NCBI GenBank assembly: GCA_018609055.1
Contig: JABAYJ010000006.1
Location: 394,805 to 458,804, forward strand
Reading direction: 5' to 3'
DNA: 64,000 nucleotides
Source: Flavobacteriales bacterium
GTDB taxonomy: Bacteria > Bacteroidota > Bacteroidia > Flavobacteriales_D > CAJJDF01
The translations under genes and the position numbers were made by a program. This document shows positions 49,108 to 58,887 of this stretch, one piece after another; positions within the stretch are counted from its first letter, which is position 1, and the number at the start of each line of letters is the position of its first letter. The notes under the pieces were generated by a model. It searched no databases. It saw nothing but the letters and a program-made list of their open reading frames with translations, and was not told where the DNA came from.

Positions 49108-50085
49108 ATGAAAAAAATTATTGCAATTATCTTATTACCAGTTCTTTTTTATGGATGCAAGGTAAAAGAAACAACCTCAACTACTGAAAATAAAACTGAA
49201 ATTAGCCCTGAGTTAATTTCTATAATTAACACTGAGCTAATTACAAAACACATCACTACCCTAGCATCTGATGAGATGGAAGGGAGAAAATCTGGAACTG
49301 AAGGGATTGAAAAAGCTGCTAAATATATTGAGGGTGAATTTGAAAGAATTGGATTAACTAGTTACAGTAATTTGCCGAAGTTTCGCCAGAATTTTAGAAC
49401 CAAAGGATTAGATTTATTTAATGTAATTGGGGTACTGGAAGGGAATAGCAGAAAGGATGAATACGTAGTTTTTTCAGGACATTACGATCATTTAGGAGTG
49501 ATTAAAAATGGAGAAGGCGATAATATTTATAATGGTGCTGATGATGATGCCTCAGGGATTTCGGCTGTATTGGCTCTTGCCGAATACTTCAAGAAAACTG
49601 GCAAAAACGAACGAACTATTATTTTTATAGCATTCACAGGTGAAGAAATGGGATTGCTAGGTTCTAATTATTTTGGAAAAGGTATTGATGCATCTAAATT
49701 CATTGCGGGAATCAATATCGAAATGATTGGAAAAGAATCTAAATTTGGTCCCAAAACAGCTTGGCTTACAGGATTTAAACGTTCAACTTTTGGAACTATA
49801 GTTCAGAAAAATTTAGAAGGAAGCGGTTACAAATTATACCCAGATCCATACAAAAGATTGCAGTTATTTTACCGTTCAGATAATGCTTCATTGGCTGAAT
49901 TGGGAATTCCTGCTCATACTTTTTCTACAGGACCAATTGATACTGACGAGCATTACCACAAAGTGAGTGATGAAGTTAGTACACTAAACATGGTAACAAT
50001 CACTGAAACAGTGAGAGCTATTGCAATTGGAACACAAAGTATTATTGACGGAACGGATACTCCATCAAGGGTAACTTTGAAATAA
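49108..50085 (+). CDS. M28-family aminopeptidase (lipoprotein)
   Basis: Lipobox FYGC, then GHYDHLG, GADDDASG and FTGEEMGLLGS. Confidence 0.85.
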   Translation: MKKIIAIILLPVLFYGCKVKETTSTTENKTEISPELISIINTELITKHITTLASDEMEGRKSGTEGIEKAAKYIEGEFERIGLTSYSNLPKFRQNFRTKGLDLFNVIGVLEGNSRKDEYVVFSGHYDHLGVIKNGEGDNIYNGADDDASGISAVLALAEYFKKTGKNERTIIFIAFTGEEMGLLGSNYFGKGIDASKFIAGINIEMIGKESKFGPKTAWLTGFKRSTFGTIVQKNLEGSGYKLYPDPYKRLQLFYRSDNASLAELGIPAHTFSTGPIDTDEHYHKVSDEVSTLNMVTITETVRAIAIGTQSIIDGTDTPSRVTLK

Positions 50086-50088
50086 ACT

Positions 50089-52026
50089 TTATTGGTTTAT
50101 TACTTTAACTTTAGAAGATGATTTAACCATTTTCTCTGCAGTTTCAAAAATTGCATCTGCATCAAAACCACACTCTTTGTAAAGCTCAGCTTGAGTTCCA
50201 TGCTCTATAAACTTATCAGGAATTCCTAATCGCTTAACTTGAGCTTGGTAGCCATTGTCTGCCATAAATTCAATAACAGCAGTTCCTAAACCGCCAACAA
50301 TAGTTCCATCTTCTACGGTAATTACTTTATCAAACTTGCTAAATACTTCGTGTAATATAGTTTCGTCAATTGGTTTCAAGAAACGCATGTCGTAATGAGC
50401 TGCACTTATTCCTTTCTCCTGAAATTGGTTTTCAATTTTAGAAATAAAAGTTCCTGTAATTCCAATAGTTAATATTGCAATGTCGGTTCCACTTTTCAAT
50501 TTTCTTCCTTGACCAATAGTTAACTTTTGCATTGGTTTTTTCCAATCTGGATAAATCCCTTTTCCTCTTGGGTAACGAATGGAAAATGGCCCACATTCAT
50601 CTGCTTGCGCAGTATACATTAAATTTCTTAGTTCCAATTCATCCATTGGTGCAGAAACTGTCATATTTGGAATGCATCTCATGTAAGCCAAATCATAGGC
50701 TCCATGGTGTGTTGGTCCATCAGCACCAACTAACCCTCCTCTATCCAAACAAAATACTACGTTCAAGTTTTGTATTGCAACATCATGCAATACCTGATCG
50801 TAAGCTCTTTGCATAAAAGTGGAATAAATATTACAATAAGGTACCATTCCTTGTGTTGCTAATCCTGCAGAAAAAGTAACAGCATGTTGCTCGGCTATCC
50901 CTACATCAAAAGCTCTTTCTGGCATTGCTTTCATCATTATGTTCAATGAACAACCTGAAGGCATTGCTGGAGTAACTCCTGTGATTTTATCGTTTTTTTC
51001 TGCTAACTCAACTATTGTATGTCCAAATACATCCTGAAACTTTGGAGCATCTGTTGATTTTGGTAATACTTTTACAATTTCACCAGTTTCTTTATTAAAG
51101 ATTCCTGGAGCATGCCATACAGTTGTATCTCCTTCCTCGGCAGGTTTAAATCCTTTTCCTTTTTCTGTTAAGCAGTGAACAATTTTTGGTCCTGGCAAGT
51201 GTTTTATTTCTTCAAATAACTTTACCAATGCTTGTGAATCGTGACCATCAATTGGCCCAAAATACCTGAAATTTAATGATTCGAAAAAATTACTTTTTTG
51301 ATAGATACTTCCTTTAAGTGCATCACTTACTTTATGCACAATTTGCTGAGCACTAGTTCCAAAATTGCTTAATTTTCCCAATAAATTCCATACTTCATCC
51401 TTCACTTTATTGTAAGGCTGTGAAGCAGAAAGATCTCTTAAATATTCTTTTAATGCTCCTACGTTTGGATCGATAGACATGCAATTGTCATTCAAAACCA
51501 CAATCATGTTAGAGTTTTCAATTCCTCCGTGATTCAATCCTTCAAATGCTAATCCGCCAGTCATAGCTCCATCTCCAATTACTGCAATATGCTGTCTTTC
51601 GTGTTCGCCTTTAAGTTGGCTGGCAACAGCCATTCCAAGTGCAGCAGAAATAGAAGTAGAAGAGTGTCCTACTCCAAAAGTATCGTATTCACTTTCGCTT
51701 CTTTTTGGGAAACCACTAATTCCTTTGTAAATTCTGTTGGTATCGAAAACATCTTTTCGTCCAGTAATTATTTTGTGTCCGTAGGCTTGATGCCCTACAT
51801 CCCAAACTAACTGGTCGTATGGAGTATTAAATACATAATGTATTGCTGATGTTAATTCAACAACTCCTAAACTTGCTCCAAAATGCCCTCCTTTTTCGGA
51901 AACGACATCCACAATAAATTGACGCAATTCTTTACAAAATTGAGGTAATTGTTCTGGAGAAACAAGTTTTTTTAAGTCCTCTGGACTATTGATTTTGGAG
52001 AGTAATTCTCCTGCTTGAAAAGGCAT
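50089..52026 (-). CDS. dxs: 1-deoxy-D-xylulose-5-phosphate synthase
   Basis: 645 aa with GHFGASLG, GDGAMTGGLAFEGLN and transketolase-like domains. Confidence 0.95.
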   Translation of the reverse strand: MPFQAGELLSKINSPEDLKKLVSPEQLPQFCKELRQFIVDVVSEKGGHFGASLGVVELTSAIHYVFNTPYDQLVWDVGHQAYGHKIITGRKDVFDTNRIYKGISGFPKRSESEYDTFGVGHSSTSISAALGMAVASQLKGEHERQHIAVIGDGAMTGGLAFEGLNHGGIENSNMIVVLNDNCMSIDPNVGALKEYLRDLSASQPYNKVKDEVWNLLGKLSNFGTSAQQIVHKVSDALKGSIYQKSNFFESLNFRYFGPIDGHDSQALVKLFEEIKHLPGPKIVHCLTEKGKGFKPAEEGDTTVWHAPGIFNKETGEIVKVLPKSTDAPKFQDVFGHTIVELAEKNDKITGVTPAMPSGCSLNIMMKAMPERAFDVGIAEQHAVTFSAGLATQGMVPYCNIYSTFMQRAYDQVLHDVAIQNLNVVFCLDRGGLVGADGPTHHGAYDLAYMRCIPNMTVSAPMDELELRNLMYTAQADECGPFSIRYPRGKGIYPDWKKPMQKLTIGQGRKLKSGTDIAILTIGITGTFISKIENQFQEKGISAAHYDMRFLKPIDETILHEVFSKFDKVITVEDGTIVGGLGTAVIEFMADNGYQAQVKRLGIPDKFIEHGTQAELYKECGFDADAIFETAEKMVKSSSKVKVINQ

Positions 52027-52129
52027 AGATTATTAGTTTTCTTTCAGAAACTAAAGATAGATTAAATTATTGTGAAATTCCATTACGTTTAACATATTTT
52101 ATGAAAAGCTAAACAAACGGGTGCTAAAA

Positions 52130-52419
52130 TTAAATAGCTAAAGAAACAATTCTTTGTATTGGAATAAAAACTCCTTTTTTAAGTAGGATGTGTTCTTTAC
52201 CTACACCCAAATTGTAGTGAAAACTGATTTTAAACCTTCTTCATCTTGAAAAATAATTTCAATCTTGTTATGAAATAAATTTCCAAGTTTTTCAGCATCA
52301 TGTAATTTCTTGAAAAGTCCTTTTCTCTCTTCTGGAGTTCTTAACTTTATAGGCTTACTAGGGAATTTCAAATTTGAAATCTCCTCTTTCTCAATCCTTT
52401 TTGTTATCATATTTCCCAT
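52130..52419 (-). pseudogene. Small conserved-looking gene interrupted by a 1-nt frameshift in a G-run
   Basis: The 72-aa track ORF ends …SVFTTIWV* at TAG 52201-52203. The -1 frame stays open across the junction and reads GVGKEHILLKKGVFIPIQRIVSLAI* to TAA 52130-52132. One extra G in GGG (52206-52208) would give a single 96-codon ORF. Confidence 0.5.
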
Positions 52420-53770
52420 TTCCTTCGTCTAATTTTATTGTTAAAATAGTTTTAGCGGAAGAAGAAATCTTATATTTTTCGCTTGACCTATGCCCTACTA
52501 ACCAAACAATTTCATTGTTGGATAACAAAACAAAGGTTTTTTCTTTATCGAATTGCGATACTTTATTGTCTATTAAATAATCGCTTACTTTCTTCTTTCC
52601 TACCATTCCAAAAGGTTGAAAAACATCTCCATTTCTCCATTTACGTAATTCCAAAGGATAAATTAATTTTCCTTCATCTAAATAAGCAAAATTGGACTCT
52701 TTTTTAATGTCAACACTTTCTTTAGGTAAGTGGTTTAAAGAAAGTTCGATAGGATAGGTTACATTTTTATCTAATTTATTGATATAAACTGAATCAGAAT
52801 CAACAAAATTAATTGGAGACATAACAAGTCTATCCCTGTCTATGAGTATTTTATTCGAATCAGAAATAAATTGCTTTCCGGTTCCATTTCCTTCAATAAC
52901 GGAAGTGTATAATTGACTTACAATTGAATAATTAAAGCCAAATCTAAAAAGCCACTCGAACAAAGTGTTTTTAGTGTTTTTCAACTGCTTAAGCTTTGGA
53001 ATATCGACAAAATATAACTCGTTTTTAGTTGAAATCATACCGTTAGAAAGTTCCTTTTCAATGGCAGATTGATACACATCATTTACTATATTTAAATTGG
53101 CAATATTATTTGCCATAGTCTGATCCAATCCAGGATTCAGTTCTTCTAGTAGAGGAATAACCAAGTTGCGAATTTTATTGCGTGAATAATCATTAGATGC
53201 ATTACTCACATCATTTCTAAACTCAACATTATTAACCGAAGAGTAATCTAATATTGACTTTTTAGAAACTGACAGCATTGGTCTCAAAACATTTTTACTA
53301 AGCAGTTCCATTCCAGTAACTCCTTTAATTCCAGTCCCTCTTGTCAGATTAAGTAACACTGTTTCAATATTGTCATTTAAATGATGAGCAGTTACTAAAT
53401 AATGAAATTTATGCTCCTTCAATAAACCTTCAAACCAATTATAACGCAAATCTCTGGCGGCCATCTGAGTAGAGCACTTCTGTTCTTTTTTATAGCTTTC
53501 CACATCAAAAGACTCACAGAAAAAATCTACATTAAATTTAGCCGCTTCAGTTCTCACTAGTTTTTCATCTCCTATAGAATCTTCTCCTCTTAAATTAAAA
53601 TTACAATGAGCTACTTTATACTTTAATCCTAATGAATTAAAGACATGCATCAACACCATAGAGTCCACTCCTCCACTAACTGCTAGCAAAAATATTTTCT
53701 CACTGTGGTTGGGAATTGCAGCTAAAGCCTGCTCGATATGTTGTTTGATTGATTCCATAAAAAAAACCAT
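52391..53770 (-). CDS. tilS: tRNA(Ile)-lysidine synthetase
   Basis: PP-loop LLAVSGGVDS, plus HHLNDNIETVLLNLTRGTG. An alternative start is MESIKQ at 53758. Confidence 0.9.
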   Translation of the reverse strand: MVFFMESIKQHIEQALAAIPNHSEKIFLLAVSGGVDSMVLMHVFNSLGLKYKVAHCNFNLRGEDSIGDEKLVRTEAAKFNVDFFCESFDVESYKKEQKCSTQMAARDLRYNWFEGLLKEHKFHYLVTAHHLNDNIETVLLNLTRGTGIKGVTGMELLSKNVLRPMLSVSKKSILDYSSVNNVEFRNDVSNASNDYSRNKIRNLVIPLLEELNPGLDQTMANNIANLNIVNDVYQSAIEKELSNGMISTKNELYFVDIPKLKQLKNTKNTLFEWLFRFGFNYSIVSQLYTSVIEGNGTGKQFISDSNKILIDRDRLVMSPINFVDSDSVYINKLDKNVTYPIELSLNHLPKESVDIKKESNFAYLDEGKLIYPLELRKWRNGDVFQPFGMVGKKKVSDYLIDNKVSQFDKEKTFVLLSNNEIVWLVGHRSSEKYKISSSAKTILTIKLDEGNGKYDNKKD

Positions 53771-53816
53771 CTCAATATCATGAGATGGCTAAAATTACAA
53801 TTTCTTAGTTGATTTC

Positions 53817-54443
53817 TTATTTTTTTACGATTGCAACCGAAGCTTTAATATCAACTTCCTCCCAAGTTTTGCTTACTCCATCATCTCCTTTATGAAGTTC
53901 GTAACATGCTTCGTTAATAGAATCTAATGCTTCTTGCCCATTCCATTCATTGATATTTAACTTAGTCGTGATAAAAATTGAGTCATTAGCAATAATATAA
54001 TCATATGGTAAATCACATGTTTTGTTATTCATTGTTAAATCCATAACTCCTTTACCTGATGTTGCATCACCTTCCAAAGCATGAAAAGTTCCTTTTAGAA
54101 ATTCAGTTTTATCCATAACTCCAAAGAACAAATTAACCAATTTCCAATCTCTATCTGTATTTCCAGTAAACAAACTAGATACAGGAACAGTAAAAGTCAC
54201 CTCATCAATTGCCCCTTCTGGAGAATCGGCAAGAGCGTAATCTCCAATATTTATTTTTCCAAACTCACCTCCTACTCCAAGTTTAGCTGTAGTTTTATAA
54301 GCAACCCATTTCAAAGAAACAGATTCAGTATCAATTTGGTATTTCACTTCAGATTTAGAATTATCTGTAGTTGTTGACTCGGCTCCTCCACATGACCAAA
54401 ACAATGTGCAAACAGTCAAAAATGTAATTGGTAAAATTCTCAT
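53817..54443 (-). CDS. YceI-like lipoprotein
   Basis: Lipobox WSCGG, then SLKWVAYKTTAKLGVGGEFGKI and PVSSLFTGNTDRDWKL. Confidence 0.6.
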   Translation of the reverse strand: MRILPITFLTVCTLFWSCGGAESTTTDNSKSEVKYQIDTESVSLKWVAYKTTAKLGVGGEFGKINIGDYALADSPEGAIDEVTFTVPVSSLFTGNTDRDWKLVNLFFGVMDKTEFLKGTFHALEGDATSGKGVMDLTMNNKTCDLPYDYIIANDSIFITTKLNINEWNGQEALDSINEACYELHKGDDGVSKTWEEVDIKASVAIVKK

Positions 54444-54461
54444 AGTTAATATATTTTTTTA

Positions 54462-54962
54462 TTATTCAAATTCAATTAAAACCGCATTCTTATCTACAGT
54501 TGTTGCCTTCACAGCCTTTATAGATTTTATTATTCCATCAATTGGTGATTTAAGAACATTCTCCATTTTCATAGCTTCAAGTATAATAACTGGATCACCA
54601 GTTTTTATCTCTTGCCCTTTTTCCACTTCAATAGAAACAACTAATCCTGGCATTGGAGCCTTTATCTCTTTTATAACTTTAGTAGCCATATTACTCATAC
54701 CTAATTCCTTAAGTAATAAGTCATATTTATCTTTTAATGAAACCTGGTAAGTTCTATTATTCACTTTAAGTGTAGCGATTTTCTTTTCGGTATCAAAAGA
54801 AACTTGCTCTATTGAGTATGATTTATTTCCTATTAAAACGTGTTGTTTAGTTTCTGACACAGAAATAATATCTAGATTGTTAGTCTCTCCATTCAGAACA
54901 ACTGTTTCTTTGCTCAATACTTCTACCTCAAACTCGGTATTGTTTACTTTTGCTTTAATCAC
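54462..54962 (-). CDS. Biotin carboxyl carrier-type protein (biotinyl domain)
   Basis: The C-terminus is IKAPMPGLVVSIEVEKGQEIKTGDPVIILEAMKMENVLKSPIDG, containing the EAMKM biotinylation motif. Confidence 0.85.
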   Translation of the reverse strand: MIKAKVNNTEFEVEVLSKETVVLNGETNNLDIISVSETKQHVLIGNKSYSIEQVSFDTEKKIATLKVNNRTYQVSLKDKYDLLLKELGMSNMATKVIKEIKAPMPGLVVSIEVEKGQEIKTGDPVIILEAMKMENVLKSPIDGIIKSIKAVKATTVDKNAVLIEFE

Positions 54963-55084
54963 TGTGAATAATTTTAGTAAAGATATTAATTTTACTTTAA
55001 AAATATCTGTTTATTTGGAACTTGAAACCAACATGAGTTTAAGATAAATAGACAAGAATCAACCTTTTATTATTTTGGGCATAC

Positions 55085-56044
55085 TTGTTGCAAATGAATT
55101 GCTATAGAATTAATTTTTTGATAAAAAACCTTTCTACATATATTGTTAACCGATTTTTAATTAGCCTATTAGCTGCTTTGTTGTTCCAAAGTTCGTTTGG
55201 GCAATTAATCGTTAATACCGAAGGAGAATTTAATTTAGAGTCAGATTATTTTAATCCAGATGAAGTTAAAACAAGAAAAATAAAATCTGTTACCGTCACC
55301 TATTCCGATAAAAAATCTCTTCAACCAATAAAAAAAAGACAAGGAGTGTCTCAAAATTACTTGTTTGATAAGGATGGAAGAATAATAAGATACTATTCTA
55401 CTAAATTGATGACTTATGGCTCTGTGGATACTGCTGTAGAATGGCGATTTTATAAAGGAGACAAACTTGAAACTGTTAAGAAAACGACTATCGAAGACAT
55501 TAAAGTCAAAACCATATTTTACGAAGAAGGTTTCCCAACAGTAGAGATTTTTGGCAAATCGGAAAGCGGAAGTTCAATAAAAACTAAACTTAATATTGTA
55601 AGCTACAAAGAGCAATATGCCCAATATATCTCTTATGTGATTTTAAAAAAAGAAGATAGTGTTGTAAACAGAAAAGCTCTAGGTGGAAAAGTTGTGGAAC
55701 GATTGACTTATTCATATCCAGATTCTACTTCTAAAAAGATAAAAATAGAGTATCCTTACTCACCCTTCATGAATACTACTAGGGTTATAACTTATGAAAA
55801 CAAATTAGTTGCTAGACTAACCGTTCAGAACCCTAATGAAGATACTTATGAATATGTTTATGGATATGATTCGGAACAAAAAATAGCTTATTTTACTAAA
55901 AACAATTTATCAAAAAATAGTACCGAGTCATTTTCTGAATTGATTTATGATGAAGACACACAAAATCTTCAGGCTATAATTACTAAAAACTATTATACCG
56001 AAGAAATTTCTATTACAAAATACAAATACACTTATTACCCTTAA
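55085..56044 (+). CDS. Hypothetical secreted protein
   Basis: 319-aa ORF (TTG, or ATG at 55094) with the signal-like segment LISLLAALLFQSSFGQ. No family recognised. Confidence 0.55.
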   Translation: MLQMNCYRINFLIKNLSTYIVNRFLISLLAALLFQSSFGQLIVNTEGEFNLESDYFNPDEVKTRKIKSVTVTYSDKKSLQPIKKRQGVSQNYLFDKDGRIIRYYSTKLMTYGSVDTAVEWRFYKGDKLETVKKTTIEDIKVKTIFYEEGFPTVEIFGKSESGSSIKTKLNIVSYKEQYAQYISYVILKKEDSVVNRKALGGKVVERLTYSYPDSTSKKIKIEYPYSPFMNTTRVITYENKLVARLTVQNPNEDTYEYVYGYDSEQKIAYFTKNNLSKNSTESFSELIYDEDTQNLQAIITKNYYTEEISITKYKYTYYP

Positions 56045-56047
56045 TTT

Positions 56048-56284
56048 ATGGATGAAAAATTATTAGTTGACATAGTTGGATACTTGGCCATGGGGTTTAT
56101 AGGTATTTCATTTTTAATGAAAGATATTAGAGCACTCAGATTACTAAACCTAGTTGGTGCAGGATTATTTATCGCCTATGGGTTTCTGCTAACACCATCA
56201 CAACCACCAATTTACATCCTGAACTCCTTCATTGTTTTGGTAAATATCTATTACCTAACTAAGAAACCAGAGGTTAAAAAATAA
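56048..56284 (+). CDS. Small three-TM membrane protein
   Basis: 78-aa hydrophobic ORF 3 nt after the upstream stop. Confidence 0.55.
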   Translation: MDEKLLVDIVGYLAMGFIGISFLMKDIRALRLLNLVGAGLFIAYGFLLTPSQPPIYILNSFIVLVNIYYLTKKPEVKK

Positions 56285-56335
56285 GATTTGGCACACTCTT
56301 TGTTTTATTACTTGTGAATTTAAAAACTCACAATA

Positions 56336-57172
56336 ATGAAATCAATAGCCCAACTTATAAAAACGACAGGAATAATAGCTTCAGCTATATTACTTTCTTC
56401 CAACGCAAATGCTTTTAGCTTTAGTCAGCCAGAAGTATTGAAAGCAACTAAAATCACAAAATTCAGAACAGTTAAACACAAAGCTTTTAAAGCTGGTGAA
56501 AAATTAACTTACCGTTTACATTACGGATTTGTAGATGCTGGAGAAGCAGTTATGGAAGTAAAGAAAACTAGTAAAACTGTAAAAGGAAGAAGCTTACTAC
56601 ATGTAGTTGGAACGGGTAGAACATTAGGTTCATTCAACTGGGTATTTAAAGTAAAAGATAGATACGAAAGTTACATTGATTCTGAAAGTGTATTCCCTTG
56701 GATGTTTATCAGAAGAGTAGACGAAGGTGGTTTTAAAATTAATCAAGATTACATCTTTAAACAAAACGAGAATAAAGTTAAGACTCAAGATAAAAAAGAG
56801 TTTGCGGTAACTGATGGAATTCAAGACATGCTTTCTTCTTTTTACTATGCAAGAACTCTTGATTACTCAAAAGCAAAAATTGGACAAGAGTACAAAATGG
56901 ATATGTTTATAGACAATGAAGTGTTTCCATTTAAGATTAAATATTTAGGAACTGAAACTATAAAAACCAGAAAAGGAAAGTTTGATTGTATCAAAATTAG
57001 ACCTTTAATGATGAAAGGAAGAGTTTGGAAATCAGAAGATAGTATGACTATTTGGGTAACGAACGACAACAACAAAATCCCAGTATTAGTTAAAACTGAT
57101 ATTGCAGTTGGATCTGTAAAAGCAACATTAACTGGATGGGAAGGATTAGTAAATCCAATAAACAAGAAATAA
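56336..57172 (+). CDS. DUF3108-like secreted protein
   Basis: Signal peptide. AGEKLTYRLHYGFVDAGEAVMEV is the recalled DUF3108 N-terminal pattern. Confidence 0.6.
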   Translation: MKSIAQLIKTTGIIASAILLSSNANAFSFSQPEVLKATKITKFRTVKHKAFKAGEKLTYRLHYGFVDAGEAVMEVKKTSKTVKGRSLLHVVGTGRTLGSFNWVFKVKDRYESYIDSESVFPWMFIRRVDEGGFKINQDYIFKQNENKVKTQDKKEFAVTDGIQDMLSSFYYARTLDYSKAKIGQEYKMDMFIDNEVFPFKIKYLGTETIKTRKGKFDCIKIRPLMMKGRVWKSEDSMTIWVTNDNNKIPVLVKTDIAVGSVKATLTGWEGLVNPINKK

Positions 57173-57193
57173 AACATAGTCTAAATAGGGCAA

Positions 57194-57230
57194 GAAAGCC
57201 GGGTCTGAATAATAGTAAGACTCGGCTTTC
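57194..57230 (+). terminator. Strong hairpin (12-bp stem) after the DUF3108-like gene
   Basis: GAAAGCCGGGTC pairs with GACTCGGCTTTC (one G·U). The trailing T-run is weak. Confidence 0.5.
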
Positions 57231-57330
57231 GCATGTTTAATACTTTGGTAATACAACCCCTAAATAATTTGTTTAAAAAAGATGCACGGGGTAAAATAAT
57301 TTGATTATTTTTGGACAAACAACAATAAAG

Positions 57331-57708
57331 ATGAACATACCAGAAAATTTAAAATTTACTAAGGACCACGAATGGGTGCTTATTGAAGGTGATATAGCTA
57401 CAGTAGGAATTACAGACTTTGCTCAAGGTGAACTTGGTGAAATTGTATATGTAGAAATTGAAACAGAAGGAGAAACTCTTGAGTTGGAAGAAGTTTTTGG
57501 TACAATTGAAGCTGTTAAAACTGTATCGGATTTATTTATGCCACTTTCTGGAGAAATTATTGAGTTTAACGCAAAACTTGAAGAAAGCCCTGAGGCTGTA
57601 AATGAAGACCCGTACAATGAAGGTTGGATGATTAAAATTAAATTATCTGAGGAAAGCGAACTTTCTGATTTATTAGATGCAGAGGCTTACAAAGAGCTAG
57701 TTGGATAA
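57331..57708 (+). CDS. gcvH: Glycine cleavage system protein H
   Basis: The N-terminus [15 protein letters not shown] and the lipoyl-lysine motif EAVKTVSD. A perfect -7 box, TATTTTTG, at 57306-57313 lies inside the track ORF's TTG-extended start, so ATG 57331 is preferred. Confidence 0.9.
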   Translation: MNIPENLKFTKDHEWVLIEGDIATVGITDFAQGELGEIVYVEIETEGETLELEEVFGTIEAVKTVSDLFMPLSGEIIEFNAKLEESPEAVNEDPYNEGWMIKIKLSEESELSDLLDAEAYKELVG

Positions 57709-57798
57709 AAAGAAATGTATAATATATCTTAAAATTCGACAGAAAAAGATACTAAAACACGATTTATTTCGTATTTTCAATCAATAATTAACAAGATT

Positions 57799-58470
57799 AT
57801 GGAATCAAAAAAATCAAATGAAGCCAGTATTGAGTTTCTGAAAATCCCGATATTTTTATTAGGATTAACAGCTGCTGCAATATTTTTGTTCATGGCTTTT
57901 GAAATAAAAACCTCATTAGGAAGCGAATACGAACTACCTGAAGAGAAAAAAGCACTAGAAGACGAGAAAATTGAAGAAGTGATATTGGTGCAGAACGTAC
58001 CACCGCCACCACCGCCACCACCGCCACCACCGCCACCACCAGAAGAAATTAAAATTGTGGATGACAAAGAGAAGGTAAAAGAAATTGTGATTAACACTAA
58101 TCAAGATTTAGACACTATTGTTAAATTCAAGAAAAAAGCTAAGCCTAAGGTTGAAACTATTTTTGAAGTAGTGGAACAAATGCCTGAATTTCCTGGAGGA
58201 TACGAGAAAATGATGGAATACTTAAGTAAAAACATCAAGTACCCTCAGATGGCTAAAGAAGCTGGTGTAAAAGGAAAGGTTTATGTACAGTTTGTTGTTG
58301 GTTCTGATGGAAAGATTACAGACATCAAAACAATAAGAGGTATTGGAAGCGGATGTGATGAAGTAGCTATGAATGCGGTAAAGAAAATGCCTAGATGGAC
58401 ACCAGGAGAACAAAGAGGAAAAAAAGTTCCTGTACGTTTTGTATTGCCTGTAAACTTTACATTACGTTAA
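57799..58470 (+). CDS. tonB: Energy transducer TonB
   Basis: N-terminal TM, a 14-proline run, and a TonB_C domain (EQMPEFPGGYEKMMEYLSKNIKYPQMAKEAGVKGKVYVQFVV…). Confidence 0.85.
   Translation: MESKKSNEASIEFLKIPIFLLGLTAAAIFLFMAFEIKTSLGSEYELPEEKKALEDEKIEEVILVQNVPPPPPPPPPPPPPPEEIKIVDDKEKVKEIVINTNQDLDTIVKFKKKAKPKVETIFEVVEQMPEFPGGYEKMMEYLSKNIKYPQMAKEAGVKGKVYVQFVVGSDGKITDIKTIRGIGSGCDEVAMNAVKKMPRWTPGEQRGKKVPVRFVLPVNFTLR
58000..58041 (+). repeat. Tandem 9-bp repeat (CCACCGCCA x4 + CCACCA) encoding Pro14
   Basis: Read directly from the sequence: four perfect 9-bp units at 58000-58035, then CCACCA. Confidence 0.9.
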
Positions 58471-58554
58471 ACTTAAAATGCGACCGATAAATAAATTAGT
58501 CTCTCAAACCACATATATTAAAGGATTTTTCGTACATTAGACTAAGAATAATAA

Positions 58555-58797
58555 ATGAAAAAGTTTTTATACATATCAATTTTAGCAGTTATCATGCTTT
58601 TTAGTTGTTCAAAAGAACAGCCATTAAGTCCCGTATCAGACTCCTCTAATCCAGAAATGAGTAAGACACCAGGTGTTTTTTGTTCATCCTCTGTAGATGG
58701 AGATATAACAAATGGGGATGGTGATGACAATGACGATTCTATTACTGATCCTGACAATGAGGACAAAGAAAAATCAAACAAAAAGGCTAAAAACTAA
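58555..58797 (+). CDS. Small acidic lipoprotein
   Basis: Lipobox MLFSCSKE. The Asp/Gly/Asn-rich body is GDITNGDGDDNDDSITDPDNED. A terminator follows. Confidence 0.5.
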   Translation: MKKFLYISILAVIMLFSCSKEQPLSPVSDSSNPEMSKTPGVFCSSSVDGDITNGDGDDNDDSITDPDNEDKEKSNKKAKN

Positions 58798-58814
58798 ACT
58801 TAAAAAAAATTACT

Positions 58815-58847
58815 AAAAACCATCTTTCTCCGACTGATGGTTTTTTT
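58815..58847 (+). terminator. Rho-independent terminator
   Basis: AAAAACCATC pairs with GATGGTTTTT, followed by a T-run. Confidence 0.75.
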
Positions 58848-58887
58848 ATGCTCTATAATTAACTGTTTAAATATTAATTAATATCCT

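Noticed and set aside
52027-52200. Checked for a riboswitch or leader structure upstream of dxs, including the 7-bp hairpin TTAGTTT/AAACTAA at about 52031-52054.
   Set aside because: The hairpin is short and AT-only with no conserved thiamine-box-like sequence. Most of the gap is better explained by the frameshifted small gene's tail.
54406-54750. 114-aa plus-strand ORF overlapping the YceI-like and biotin-carrier genes.
   Set aside because: It is antisense to two genes with clear motifs (including EAMKM) and crosses their intergenic gap.
57173-57330. Checked for a glycine riboswitch upstream of gcvH.
   Set aside because: It contains only the upstream gene's terminator hairpin and a CCCC/GGGG pairing with a long loop. 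None of the conserved glycine-aptamer core sequence is visible, and a -7 promoter box sits 18 nt from the ATG, leaving no room for an aptamer in the transcript.
57777-58097. 106-aa minus-strand ORF containing poly-Gly.
   Set aside because: It is simply the complement of the Pro14-encoding repeat in tonB.
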